Shown: positions 9,519 to 19,259, counted from the stretch's first letter. The stretch is DNA of 64,000 bases from a bacterium (GCA_021463485.1 JAJTYJ010000001.1:65378-129377); one strand, 5' to 3'. The notes: a model not told the origin generated them from the letters alone. Translations and numbers: made by a program.

Positions 9519-10495
9519 CCTCTCAAAAATTCTGCGGCATTTTCTGGACTCATTACGTCAACAACGACTCCGGAACCTAACTCGTAACCGCCGTACGTAC
9601 CGAGTCTTGGCGTAATCTCAATGTGCCAGCGGAAAAACTCGCTGGCCCCAACTGAATCTGGCAAGTCGTGAAGGAAAAAATTTAACGCCGGCTGCTTTAG
9701 TACTCGTGAGTAGCGACTCATAACATCCCTCATAATTTGTCCTAGAGAGTGAATAAACGTTTCTGATGCGTCTTCAAAATGGGCTGACGGCTCTTTCGGC
9801 AACACCCAAACCTCAAACGGAAATCGAGCGGCGTAAAATGTAAAGGCTATGAACTCATCGTTTTCGGCGATGATTCGATCCTTCTCTTTTTTCTCGTGAA
9901 AAATTAAATCTTCAAATACATTCTTGCCGTTGTTATTGAAATACTGTTCAGCGCCGTTCATCTCCCGAACAATTTGATTCGGGATAATATTAGCCGCAAA
10001 AATTTGAGCGTGCGGATGCGCGATTGAGGCTCCTGCTTTCGGGCCGTGATTATAAATAAGCATCGTGTGCTCGGCGTTACAATCTTTACGCCAATATTTG
10101 AAACGACGTTTTGAAACCGAGAAAAGTTCGTACCATTGTTCGATCGAGAACGTATAGATGCTGTCGTCTGCTTCTTTAACGATCACTACATCGTGACCGC
10201 CGGTTGACGGTCGGGCGGCGTAGAAGTTGCCCTCTAGTCGGTAAGTCCTAGGAGAACACGACGATGGGTCTTCAAGAAAAACCGGATATTTATTCGGAAT
10301 AACGTAGACATGTTTCGTGTCGTATTCTTTGTGGCGTTCTTTTCTATAAGCAACGCCATCGAGCGAGAACGGATCGTTAACTTCAGACTCGGGTTTTACA
10401 ACCTCTGCGCTAATAAAATCCGAAGGGCGTTTCGAGCGCTCCGGCGCGATCACTACCCATTCGCCGGTAATAATATTCTGGCGAAGCTGCGGCAT
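9515..10495 (-). CDS. galT: Galactose-1-phosphate uridylyltransferase (GalT/HIT family)
   Basis: WVVIAPERSKRP, NKYP, GASIAHPHAQ and WHIEITPR motifs. Confidence 0.88.
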   Translation of the reverse strand: MPQLRQNIITGEWVVIAPERSKRPSDFISAEVVKPESEVNDPFSLDGVAYRKERHKEYDTKHVYVIPNKYPVFLEDPSSCSPRTYRLEGNFYAARPSTGGHDVVIVKEADDSIYTFSIEQWYELFSVSKRRFKYWRKDCNAEHTMLIYNHGPKAGASIAHPHAQIFAANIIPNQIVREMNGAEQYFNNNGKNVFEDLIFHEKKEKDRIIAENDEFIAFTFYAARFPFEVWVLPKEPSAHFEDASETFIHSLGQIMRDVMSRYSRVLKQPALNFFLHDLPDSVGASEFFRWHIEITPRLGTYGGYELGSGVVVDVMSPENAAEFLRG

Positions 10496-10568
10496 ACATC
10501 TATTGTGCCACAACTTTTGCTTGTGACGTCAGATCGAAAATCAGTTACGATAATTTCGGAGGGAAAAT

Positions 10569-12560
10569 ATAGCAAATTACGGAGAATTTTCGCTTTCTGG
10601 CGATGAGTACAGCGTTAATAAACCCGACACACCTCGTCCGTGGCGGAATTTGCTATACAACACAAGCTATTCGCTAGTGATCGCCCAAAACGGAATCGGA
10701 TTCTCTACACAAAAAAACCTTACAGAGCCCGTAACGGTTGCTAGCCGGCAGTCGGGTAGATATTTATATATTCGCGATAACGACACTGGAGAATTTTGGT
10801 CGGCTACTTGGTATCCCGTAGTTAGCGAGCTCGACCAGTTCCACGCCACTCATCGCTTAGGTATGACTGCAATATCGACCGAAAAAAATAAAATATTATC
10901 ACAAATCGCGTTCAGCGTTCATAATTCTTTACCTTACGAGCATTGGCAAGTACAGCTTACCAATATCGATAAACGCAAACGTCGACTAAGCGTGTTTGCA
11001 GTCGTGGAGTGGGGACAAGAAATTCGTGACAGCCAATTTCACGATAACGCGATCATTGCTACGACCACTCAGAACGAGGCTAATCTTCTTGCCCGAATTT
11101 TTACACTCGACCACGCTGCCGATAGCTTTGACTGCGACTGGGATCAGTTTGTCGGCCGATACGGTAGTTTAAGCAAACCGAAAGCGTTACTCGACGGTAA
11201 ATGCTCAAGGAGTTTTGGGGGTGATAATCGTGTTGCGGTCCTGCAAAAAAACTTTACGCTCGGCGCAGGATCTGAGGCTAATTTTGCAGTTATTTTAGGG
11301 GTTTCCATTGTCGAAACTGCTGCACAAGCGAAACGCATAGCAAAAAAGTGGGGTAAGAGTTTACACAATCCAACTCAACCACTCCCGGAACGAGTCGTAA
11401 TCAAATCGCCCGAACATAATTTGAATTTGCTCGTAAACTACTGGTCAAAATTCCAGGCGCTCTCGCCAATTTCTGATTACGCCGGAACTGGCGAACGGCT
11501 AGATCGTTTATCGCAGTTATCGACCCACGCACCAGAACAAACAAAAATAGAATTACTAGAAGTCCTATCACAACAATATCGAGACGGATCGCTCATTCGT
11601 TCGATTACTGAACCGATTCCGGACGGATCAGTCGCAACCGTATCCAAATTCCTGGAAGTGCTTTGTGGCTACTTGGCCGAAACTGGAGATCTTTCGCTTC
11701 TCTCAGAACATGTGTCGTTTTTCGATAGTGGCACGGGTTCAATCACCGAACACCTAACTCGCAGCTGCAACTCATTACTTGAGAACCTCAATAGCGATAG
11801 TTCCGCAATCGTCGAAAAGTCCGTAGCTGTGTCGGAACTTCGGAAAGTATTACCAATTTTCATGCAGATCGGTGAACACCAGTTTGTTCGTAAAATTGAA
11901 CGAGCTATCGACGATCAAGGCTCACGAATAAACCGGCAATGGGCAAGAAATCCAAAGCAACACCTAACAACGATGCTTCCTATTCTTGCTTCACACACCC
12001 TCACCAAGCAACATCGGCAGTCGGCCGTTAGTAATCTACGATCCGAATTAAAAACTATCACGCTCTCGGAAAATGAGATTCTACTGATTACAATTATCAG
12101 CTGTGTCGAACAGTTAGCAAAGTACGATCACGCCGACGATGCACTTGAGCTGCTTGAGCACTTCCTACCAACCACCCGATCAAAATCTGCTGAGCAGTAT
12201 CAAGCCGAGCCGTATCTCTTTCCGCGCTCTATTCTCGCAAGCGCCCAACGACGCGGACAGGCGGATAGCAACTTGGACAACGCTGCTGCAGCCAAATTCC
12301 TATCGATTATCACCGAAACCGTATTGGGCATCCAGCCGACGATTGGAGGATTAAAGATCGATCCGCACATCCCACGATCGTGGCGACAGTACGAAGTTAG
12401 TAGAGAGTTTCGAGGCGCCACCTACCACATTCGTGTTAGCAATCCGCTTAGGGCAACTAGCGGAGTCAGTCGTCTCAGTGTGAATGGACTCCACATCACA
12501 GGAAACGTCATTCGGCCGTTCCAAACCGGTAATCACTTTATTGAAGTCACGCTTGGTTAG
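10569..12560 (+). CDS. GH94 glycoside phosphorylase-like protein (divergent)
   Basis: Frame extends upstream of the called ORF (NYGEFSLSGDEYSVNKPDTPRPWRN, GH94 N-terminus). C-terminal GLKIDPHIPRSW...FRGATYHIRVSNP. Apparent ATA start after GGAGGG. Confidence 0.7.
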   Translation: MANYGEFSLSGDEYSVNKPDTPRPWRNLLYNTSYSLVIAQNGIGFSTQKNLTEPVTVASRQSGRYLYIRDNDTGEFWSATWYPVVSELDQFHATHRLGMTAISTEKNKILSQIAFSVHNSLPYEHWQVQLTNIDKRKRRLSVFAVVEWGQEIRDSQFHDNAIIATTTQNEANLLARIFTLDHAADSFDCDWDQFVGRYGSLSKPKALLDGKCSRSFGGDNRVAVLQKNFTLGAGSEANFAVILGVSIVETAAQAKRIAKKWGKSLHNPTQPLPERVVIKSPEHNLNLLVNYWSKFQALSPISDYAGTGERLDRLSQLSTHAPEQTKIELLEVLSQQYRDGSLIRSITEPIPDGSVATVSKFLEVLCGYLAETGDLSLLSEHVSFFDSGTGSITEHLTRSCNSLLENLNSDSSAIVEKSVAVSELRKVLPIFMQIGEHQFVRKIERAIDDQGSRINRQWARNPKQHLTTMLPILASHTLTKQHRQSAVSNLRSELKTITLSENEILLITIISCVEQLAKYDHADDALELLEHFLPTTRSKSAEQYQAEPYLFPRSILASAQRRGQADSNLDNAAAAKFLSIITETVLGIQPTIGGLKIDPHIPRSWRQYEVSREFRGATYHIRVSNPLRATSGVSRLSVNGLHITGNVIRPFQTGNHFIEVTLG

Positions 12561-12721
12561 TTCAGAATAAATTTTACGTCGTCGATTTTTGGATTCGGCT
12601 GATCAGAAAATAACGCTTGTATCCGCACTTGATCGTTAAGGGCAAGATACGCCACAACTGTTACAGCAGAAAAGATAAATAAGGCGTAAAGGATTAGGTT
12701 TCGGTGTCGCTTGTCGGTCAT
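12557..12721 (-). CDS. Small single-TM membrane protein (54 aa)
   Basis: Manual translation MTDKRHRNLILYALFIFSAVTVVAYLAL...; fills the gap before recG. Confidence 0.5.
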   Translation of the reverse strand: MTDKRHRNLILYALFIFSAVTVVAYLALNDQVRIQALFSDQPNPKIDDVKFILN

Positions 12722-12746
12722 GGTTGTTCACACTACAGTGTAGCAG

Positions 12747-14726
12747 ATGGAAAGCGCCTCAATTGAGCGATTAGTTAAATCGCGAGCCTACTCAACGAAG
12801 GCAGCCTTGGCGAAGTTGAATATAAGAACGCTCCAAGACGCCTTAGAGTTTTTGCCGTTTCGCTACGAAGACAGAACCAACGTCGTCGCGATCGCCAAAC
12901 TCGATTTCGATATTGACTCGGTTATTATCGGCACAGTCACCAGCGTTTCCAGTCGAAAAAGTAAGCGCGGTGTATTGATGATTCAAGCTAAAATTAAAGA
13001 TAAAAGTGGTACAACTACCGCGCTTTGGTTTAACCAGCGCTACTTATTAAAAACGTTACGAGAGTACGACGAGATCACGCTCTACGGCGCTCGCAAAAGA
13101 ATTCCAAGTCTCCAGAACCCGTTTATCGTAAAAGGCATAATTGCAAAGCCCGAGATCTGCCCGATATACCGCCGAACAGCCGGGATTAGCCAGGCGACAA
13201 TTCGAAGTGTCATTAATCGGGCAGTAGAAGAGATCGATGATATCCCCGATCTACTACCGGCGGAGATTTCGAAGCAGTTAAAACTACCGAACCGAAAATC
13301 AGCCTTGCTGCGCGCGCACCGACCAGAAGCGATGGAGGACTTACAGATCGCGCAACAGTTACTCGGTGCTGAAGAATTACTGCTCTTAGCCTTGCGAGCC
13401 GAGCGATCGCGACTCGAGCGGCTCGCAAAACGCCGACCAACTTTAGCTATAGACACGACGTTTTTACAGAACTTCGTTCAAAAACTGCCGTTTGCGCTAA
13501 CGGATAGTCAGCGTAAAGCTGCCTGGGAAATCCTCAACGACCTCCAACAACCGTACCCGATGAATCGGCTGCTTTATGGCGAAGTCGGGTCGGGAAAAAC
13601 TGCAGTTGCGGCCATTGTTGCAGCAGCGCTTCTCCAGAACGGCAAACGAGTCGCAGTGCTTTGTCCGACGCTCTCGTTAGCGGAGCAACAATTTCGAGTA
13701 TTGTCAGCAGTTCTTGAACAGTTTAATTACCAAGTTGGGCTGAGCAGTTCGACCGAAAGTAAGAATAAACAGGCACCAGTTATTGTTGGAACGCACGCGC
13801 TACTGAAAGCTCATTACGGTTTCGACATGGTAATTATCGACGAGCAGCACCGTTTCGGTGTCGACCAACGGCAGTTTCTACTAAAAGCTAATCCGAATTG
13901 CGATGTTCTAATGATGAGCGCAACCCCGATCCCACGATCGTTTGCCCAAACACTACTCAGACATCTAGACATCACTTACCTATCGCAACGACCACTGCAT
14001 CAAAAGCCAGTGGTAACAAAAATTTTTTCCGAGAGTCAACGATCAATAATCGAAAAAGAGATCGCCAAACGGCTAGAAAACCGTGAGCCTGGCTACGTCG
14101 TCTGTCCACGAATTAACGAAACGACTGAGTTAATCGACCAAATGTTTGACGATAAAAAGTCAGTCCAGAGCGAGGTAAAAAGATTAGCTAAAGAATTCCC
14201 GAAAGCTCGGATCGGCGAGATCCACGGCCAGGCTGAGAGCGCAAAAAATACAAAAACCCTCGAGAAATTTCGGCAGGGCGAGATAAATATATTGGTGGCA
14301 ACAACCATTATCGAAATCGGGATCGATAATCCGGACGCAACCTGGATACTAATAGAGAACGCCGACCACTTCGGATTAAGTACGTTACACCAACTTCGTG
14401 GGCGAGTGGGGCGCGGCGCAAAGGGATCAGTTTGTTACGTCGCCAATACTGACACAACCGACTCTTCAGCTAAAAGACTGCAAGCGTTCTCACAAATTTC
14501 GAACGGCTTAGAACTTTCCGAGATCGACCTAGAGCTCCGTGGGCCAGGCGAGCTAACTGGCTTTAGTCAAAGCGGTGAGATCGCGCTGAGGTACGCTTCT
14601 TGGAACGATAAAGAACTTCTTGAGACGATATTTGCGCTGGCGCGTAAAATTATGCACGATGGTTTGGAAATGTACCCGCTGCTTCAAAAGCAACTAAAAA
14701 GCGATGGGGAACGGTCGACGCTCTAA
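12747..14726 (+). CDS. recG: ATP-dependent DNA helicase RecG
   Basis: PMNRLLYGEVGSGKT, DEQHRFG, MSATPIPR, LHQLRGRVGRG and DLELRGPGE motifs. Confidence 0.95.
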   Translation: MESASIERLVKSRAYSTKAALAKLNIRTLQDALEFLPFRYEDRTNVVAIAKLDFDIDSVIIGTVTSVSSRKSKRGVLMIQAKIKDKSGTTTALWFNQRYLLKTLREYDEITLYGARKRIPSLQNPFIVKGIIAKPEICPIYRRTAGISQATIRSVINRAVEEIDDIPDLLPAEISKQLKLPNRKSALLRAHRPEAMEDLQIAQQLLGAEELLLLALRAERSRLERLAKRRPTLAIDTTFLQNFVQKLPFALTDSQRKAAWEILNDLQQPYPMNRLLYGEVGSGKTAVAAIVAAALLQNGKRVAVLCPTLSLAEQQFRVLSAVLEQFNYQVGLSSSTESKNKQAPVIVGTHALLKAHYGFDMVIIDEQHRFGVDQRQFLLKANPNCDVLMMSATPIPRSFAQTLLRHLDITYLSQRPLHQKPVVTKIFSESQRSIIEKEIAKRLENREPGYVVCPRINETTELIDQMFDDKKSVQSEVKRLAKEFPKARIGEIHGQAESAKNTKTLEKFRQGEINILVATTIIEIGIDNPDATWILIENADHFGLSTLHQLRGRVGRGAKGSVCYVANTDTTDSSAKRLQAFSQISNGLELSEIDLELRGPGELTGFSQSGEIALRYASWNDKELLETIFALARKIMHDGLEMYPLLQKQLKSDGERSTL

Positions 14727-15150
14727 GACAAGTTTTGAGCCGAACGTCTCGAATGTACTCTTTTTAGTGCTTGTCGCCGCCACCGGTTTTATCGTCGGCA
14801 GTCAGTATCGAACAAACAGCTCAGCGGTTCCGCCACCGAGTGACGCCGTTGATCCGGTGCCAAACGAAGTTATCGCTCAGCTACAGTCGGCGCTTACTGA
14901 TCCACAAGCTACTCCTAATAACACCGCTATTCAAACCACTGAAGAAACGTCGTCAGTAGGATTGGTTAATATCAACACAGCTTCATCTAGCGAACTAGAC
15001 ACACTGCCAGGAATCGGACCAAGTTACGCCAAGGCTATTATCGACTACCGCACTAAAAACGGGCCGTTTGTCCGGCTCGAAGATATTCAGCAAGTTAAAG
15101 GTATCGGTCCTAAGACATTCGAAAAGCTCAAGGGTAAAATTACGCTCTGA
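14704..15150 (+). CDS. comEA: ComEA helix-hairpin-helix DNA-binding protein
   Basis: N-terminal TM; VNINTAS..ELDTLPGIG; VKGIGPKT. Confidence 0.9.
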   Translation: MGNGRRSKTSFEPNVSNVLFLVLVAATGFIVGSQYRTNSSAVPPPSDAVDPVPNEVIAQLQSALTDPQATPNNTAIQTTEETSSVGLVNINTASSSELDTLPGIGPSYAKAIIDYRTKNGPFVRLEDIQQVKGIGPKTFEKLKGKITL

Positions 15151-15191
15151 TCTGTATTTACCCGCAATATATTGATAAAATTACTGGGTAA

Positions 15192-15260
15192 ATTTGCCGG
15201 GATGGCGAAATCTTCCGAAAGGTCGAATTCTTATCCTGGCATTTGCCGGGATGGCGAAAT
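15192..15260 (+). repeat. 20-bp duplication of the tRNA-Leu 5' end
   Basis: ATTTGCCGGGATGGCGAAAT at 15192-15211 and 15241-15260. Confidence 0.9.
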
Positions 15261-15327
15261 GGTAGACGCACTAGCTTTAGGAGCTAGCGGGGGCAACCCC
15301 ATGGAGGTTCAAGTCCTCTTCCCGGCA
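15245..15327 (+). tRNA. tRNA-Leu(TAG)
   Basis: Acceptor GCCGGGA/TCCCGGC; anticodon arm CTAGC-TTTAGGA-GCTAG; long variable arm; GGTTCAAGTCC. Confidence 0.95.
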
Positions 15328-15466
15328 CAATGAAGCGTCGTCGCATTTGCGACGGCGTTTTGTTGTATTGAGAACGGCGACTTGAACCGAGGTTCACTGC
15401 GAGCGAGCTTTGCTCGCGAGAAGGAGTGTAGTAAAACGGAGCGATTTTCCTCTCTTCCCGGCACAA
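15316..15466 (+). repeat. 15-bp duplication of the tRNA-Leu 3' end with internal hairpins
   Basis: CTCTTCCCGGCACAA at 15316-15330 and 15452-15466. Confidence 0.85.
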
Positions 15467-15544
15467 AAAGAACTCCCAAACCCTTGAAAAATCGCTCATA
15501 ATAGAGTAAATTCCTCAAACAACCTAGGAGGTGTACCTACAAAT

Positions 15545-15964
15545 ATGGGAGCAATTACCGAAGAAGGCATTGTCTGCACGCAGACCATTACCATGTCGGA
15601 TATCGAAGCGTACGCCGAAATGTCCGGCGATCGAAATCCGATTCATCAGGGACCAGATGCGATCGCACATGGCGCACTATTGATCGGAAAAATCTCAGCA
15701 GCTGTGTGGCGAGCTTACGGCGATGGCACAGTAGCTCGAGGGATTGATTCCCTCAAGCTGCACCGACCTATTAGGCCAGGTGAGGATTTCAATATCCTCA
15801 TCACCTACGGAACTGAAATTCCCGGTTCTCGTTTGAAAGAAAAGGCGATCACTGTTCGTGTTACTAAGTGGTGTGGAAGTAACGAAAAGCTGATCGCAGA
15901 AGGTGCGATCGTAATTATCCCACCCAAGACTGGCAACGGAATCCTTAACGGCGGTGGAGCCTAG
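15545..15964 (+). CDS. MaoC-like hotdog-fold dehydratase
   Basis: YAEMSGDRNPIH...IAHGAL hydratase motif; AGGAGG SD. Confidence 0.8.
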   Translation: MGAITEEGIVCTQTITMSDIEAYAEMSGDRNPIHQGPDAIAHGALLIGKISAAVWRAYGDGTVARGIDSLKLHRPIRPGEDFNILITYGTEIPGSRLKEKAITVRVTKWCGSNEKLIAEGAIVIIPPKTGNGILNGGGA

Positions 15965-15982
15965 TGCTCCAGCCGCCTTTTT
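15950..15982 (+). terminator. Rho-independent terminator
   Basis: GGCGGTGGAGC...GCTCCAGCCGCC followed by TTTTT. Confidence 0.7.
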
Positions 15983-16021
15983 CTTACCCTAAAAATTAGG
16001 TAAAATACTCAAGTATAATTA

Positions 16022-16093
16022 GCCGAAGTAGCTCAGTGGTAGAGCACGCGCCTGAAGAGCGTGGTGTCGTCAGTTCGATTCTGACCTTCGGCA
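16022..16093 (+). tRNA. tRNA-Phe(GAA)
   Basis: GCCGAAG/CTTCGGC acceptor; CGCGC-CTGAAGA-GCGTG anticodon arm. Confidence 0.95.
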
Positions 16094-16196
16094 CGAGCGA
16101 CAATGTCGCGAGTTGCGAAGGTCAGAACTGAGCGTAGCGAAGATTCTTGACCTGAGGCACATTCGCAGGTTGGCTGCCTCGGCACAACAACTAACT

Positions 16197-16679
16197 ATGA
16201 AAGAATTCTTTACAAGCCGGTTTCAAACAATTGAAGATTTTTTCTCAACTCAGAAATTTCCGACCAGCGACTGGAAAAATATTATTAGTTGGGACTATTG
16301 GACTGAGAGCGGACTGCCAAGTAGCTCCGCTTACACCGCCGTTAGCCTCGCCGGTGTAATTCTATGTATCGCCCTTATCCTATTCTGGCGAGCTTATTTA
16401 AAGCGTGCGCACAAAACCGCCCCTGTTTACGAGTTCGAGATTCAACAGCTTTCGAGCATCGTTACGTTTGTAGTAATTATGTCGTTGTCGTACTGGTTTT
16501 TTCGCGCTCAACAGGTCGCTTTTGCTTCAAGCCGTCTCGTCTTATTGGCAACCGGCCTAACAGTAGTTGGCTGGTTAGTAGTTGTAATTGTGCATCTAAA
16601 GCGAAACACCCCAAAGATGCGGACTAGTTATCTTGAAAAAGAGCGGTTTTTCAGGTATCTTCCAAAGAAGAGAAAGTGA
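16197..16679 (+). CDS. Hypothetical membrane protein (3 TM)
   Basis: ATG 16197; three hydrophobic segments; basic tail RYLPKKRK. Confidence 0.7.
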   Translation: MKEFFTSRFQTIEDFFSTQKFPTSDWKNIISWDYWTESGLPSSSAYTAVSLAGVILCIALILFWRAYLKRAHKTAPVYEFEIQQLSSIVTFVVIMSLSYWFFRAQQVAFASSRLVLLATGLTVVGWLVVVIVHLKRNTPKMRTSYLEKERFFRYLPKKRK

Positions 16680-16693
16680 GGATTTTTTAGTTT

Positions 16694-17761
16694 ATGTCTA
16701 CTACTACCAACCCGCGCACCATGGCCGAGCTCGTTGAGCTCATGGGTGACAAGCTCGTTCCGTTTGTACAGGGCGATGTTCTTGATGTAACCGTACTATC
16801 TACTTCGAAGGAGAGCATCATGGTTGATGTCGCCGGTGTTGCAACTGGTATCATCCCCGAAAAAGAGTTCTCCGCCCAAGCAGCAAGATTGAAAGCTGGC
16901 GACACCGTTCGCGCTTACATTCTGAACGCCGAAAACGATAACGGCTACGCGATTATGTCGCTAAAGCGCGCCGAAAAAGAGCGTCTCTGGAGTATGCTCG
17001 AGCAGCGTAACACCGCTGGCGAGATTATAACTGTTAAAGTTATTCAAGCTAATAAGGGCGGTCTCGTTGCTGAGTACGGCAACATGCAAGGATTCATCCC
17101 GGTTTCACAGTTGTCGTTTAAACACTACCCGCGAGTTGATGGCGATCGATCAAAGATTCAGCAGAAACTTTCTGAACTAATCGGGCAATCGATTCCGGTT
17201 AAAATCATCAGTTACGATAAGCCAACGAACAAGATCGTCTTTTCCGAAAAAGCCGCTGGCGACGCTGATCTCGAGGAAAAAGCTAAAGATTACCAGGTCG
17301 GTCAAAAAGTGACCGGCAAAATTACCGGTATTGTTGATTTCGGCTTATTCGTAAATATTGGTGAACTTGAGGGATTAATTCACATCTCACAGGTTTCATG
17401 GCAACGAATTAATAATCTAAAAGACCATTTCCACGTCGGTCAGGAGATCGAAGCCGAGATCGTAAACGTTGACGGCGGTCGCGTCTCGCTCTCGATTAAG
17501 AAGCTACAACCAGATCCGTGGCAGATTGAGGTAAAAACGCTCGAAGTGGGCGGTAGGGTTGAAGGCGAAATAACTCGTGTTACACCGTACGGCGCTTTCG
17601 TTAAACTCTCCGAAAGTCTCGAAGGTCTCTTCCATGTTTCTCAAATGGGCGAAGGTCGCAAGCCGGAAGAGATCGTTCAAGAAGGTAAGTCGTACACCTT
17701 TGAAGTTATTTCGATCGAACCCGAACTTCGAAAAATCTCACTAAAGCTCGCTGACGCCTAG
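16694..17761 (+). CDS. rpsA: 30S ribosomal protein S1 (4 S1 domains)
   Basis: Repeated S1 motifs: NKGGL...GFIPVSQL, FGLFV...EGLIHISQ, YGAFV...EGLFHVSQ. Confidence 0.9.
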   Translation: MSTTTNPRTMAELVELMGDKLVPFVQGDVLDVTVLSTSKESIMVDVAGVATGIIPEKEFSAQAARLKAGDTVRAYILNAENDNGYAIMSLKRAEKERLWSMLEQRNTAGEIITVKVIQANKGGLVAEYGNMQGFIPVSQLSFKHYPRVDGDRSKIQQKLSELIGQSIPVKIISYDKPTNKIVFSEKAAGDADLEEKAKDYQVGQKVTGKITGIVDFGLFVNIGELEGLIHISQVSWQRINNLKDHFHVGQEIEAEIVNVDGGRVSLSIKKLQPDPWQIEVKTLEVGGRVEGEITRVTPYGAFVKLSESLEGLFHVSQMGEGRKPEEIVQEGKSYTFEVISIEPELRKISLKLADA

Positions 17762-17766
17762 ATCTA

Positions 17767-18231
17767 ATGCTTCAGATTAAGCTTAACGCCAATAAGTACG
17801 AGATCACCGATAAGAAAACCACGGCGATACTCGAAGGCTCAAATATTGTAGTACAACAACAAACGATTGTATCACCGGGAGAATACGAGGCCGAAGGCGT
17901 AGAAGTTATTTACGGCGAACGGGCAGCGCTTTTAGTTTGGGAACGACTTCAGACTGTCTACGTTTTCTCGACCGAATCCCCGAAGGGTTTTGATAAGAGT
18001 CAGTTTGCCTCCGCGGACGTAGTTATTATCGGTACCGAAGTTACCCAGCTAAATAAAGATTCGATTTCGGAGCTACTTGAAGCGTACGATCCGACAGTAA
18101 TTATCGCTAGTAGTAATACTGCGATCGATGAGTCGTTGGCTGCAGCGATGAAAGTTCAACAGGTTCCGTTAGTTAAATTATCCGAGCAGGCGCTGCCGGT
18201 GGAGGGTCGAGACTTTTACCAAATCGGATGA
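17767..18231 (+). CDS. Hypothetical protein (degenerate MBL-fold-like, PGEYE motif)
   Basis: SPGEYEAEGVEV motif, but no HxHxDH. Confidence 0.55.
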   Translation: MLQIKLNANKYEITDKKTTAILEGSNIVVQQQTIVSPGEYEAEGVEVIYGERAALLVWERLQTVYVFSTESPKGFDKSQFASADVVIIGTEVTQLNKDSISELLEAYDPTVIIASSNTAIDESLAAAMKVQQVPLVKLSEQALPVEGRDFYQIG

Positions 18232-19169
18232 GCCCGGCCGAGAGCGCATCGACTATCCTGCGTACGGCTGCCTCAGTTTGCATAATTGTTCACCATCGTC
18301 CCGACGGCGATGCGATCGGTAGCGCTGTTGCCTTGCAGAGGGCTCTTAGTAAACACTCGCAAGTCGAAATAATATCAAGTAGTACCGTACCGTCTGTGTT
18401 TACCTCGATATTAGGACCGATCGAAACCCGACCGTTACTACCAACAACTGCTGACGTCTACGTTATCGTTGACTGCGCCGAGTTACACCGAACTGGTTTC
18501 TCGAAGCAGATCGAGCGATTGCGCAAGAACAACAAAACGCTGATCGTTATCGACCACCATAACAGCGGAGACTTAGAAAGATTAGCCACAACACATATAA
18601 GCAACCGGTCCGCAGCCGCCACCTCTGAGTTAGTGTTTAGCCTACTCACAGAAATGCGTATCCCAATTACTCCCGATATTGCGACGCCGTTACTGCTTGG
18701 TGTCTACACAGATACCGGCGGTTTTCATCATCAAACCACCTCAGCTGCAACATTAAAAACTGCGAGTCAACTCGTACGGCTAGGCGGCGAATTAAATAAA
18801 ATTAGCCAGGGGTTCTGCCGAGAACTCTCGCGTGCGAAACAACGACTTTGGGGCAGAATCTTGTCGGAGATTAGTATCAATAAGTTTGGTATCGTCGTAG
18901 CACAAGTTAAGAGCACTCATCTAAAAGAGGCTGAATCGACTGTCGACGATATCGCCGGCCTTGCTAACTTGTTGGCGCTAACACTTGAAGCGAAGGTAGC
19001 GTTAGTACTTGTAGAAACAGAAAACGGTTGGCGGGGGATACTTCGCAGCCGACACCCGGCGATAAATTTGGGCCGGTTAGCTCGGTTACTCGGCGGTAGC
19101 GGACACAAAAAAGCGGCCGGCTTTCTCGCGACAAACGACGTCTTTTCAGGTAAAATTAAACGTAGTTAA
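18228..19169 (+). CDS. nrnA: DHH/DHHA1 oligoribonuclease NrnA
   Basis: HHRPDGDAIGS, VIDHH, TDTGGF and GGSGHKKAAG motifs. Confidence 0.88.
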   Translation: MSPAESASTILRTAASVCIIVHHRPDGDAIGSAVALQRALSKHSQVEIISSSTVPSVFTSILGPIETRPLLPTTADVYVIVDCAELHRTGFSKQIERLRKNNKTLIVIDHHNSGDLERLATTHISNRSAAATSELVFSLLTEMRIPITPDIATPLLLGVYTDTGGFHHQTTSAATLKTASQLVRLGGELNKISQGFCRELSRAKQRLWGRILSEISINKFGIVVAQVKSTHLKEAESTVDDIAGLANLLALTLEAKVALVLVETENGWRGILRSRHPAINLGRLARLLGGSGHKKAAGFLATNDVFSGKIKRS

Positions 19170-19175
19170 TAGTAC

Positions 19176-19256
19176 GGGCGAGTGGCGGAACGGTATACGC
19201 GGCGGACTTAAAATCCGCTGCCGAAAGGCTTGTGGGTTCAAGTCCCACCTCGCCCA
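19176..19256 (+). tRNA. tRNA-Leu(TAA)
   Basis: GCGGA-CTTAAAA-TCCGC anticodon arm; variable arm; GGTTCAAGTCC. Confidence 0.95.
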
Positions 19257-19259
19257 CAC

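Noticed and set aside
16113-16196. N-terminal extension of the 188-aa ORF
   Set aside because: Lies in tRNA-Phe-derived repeat sequence; ATG 16197 is the more plausible start.
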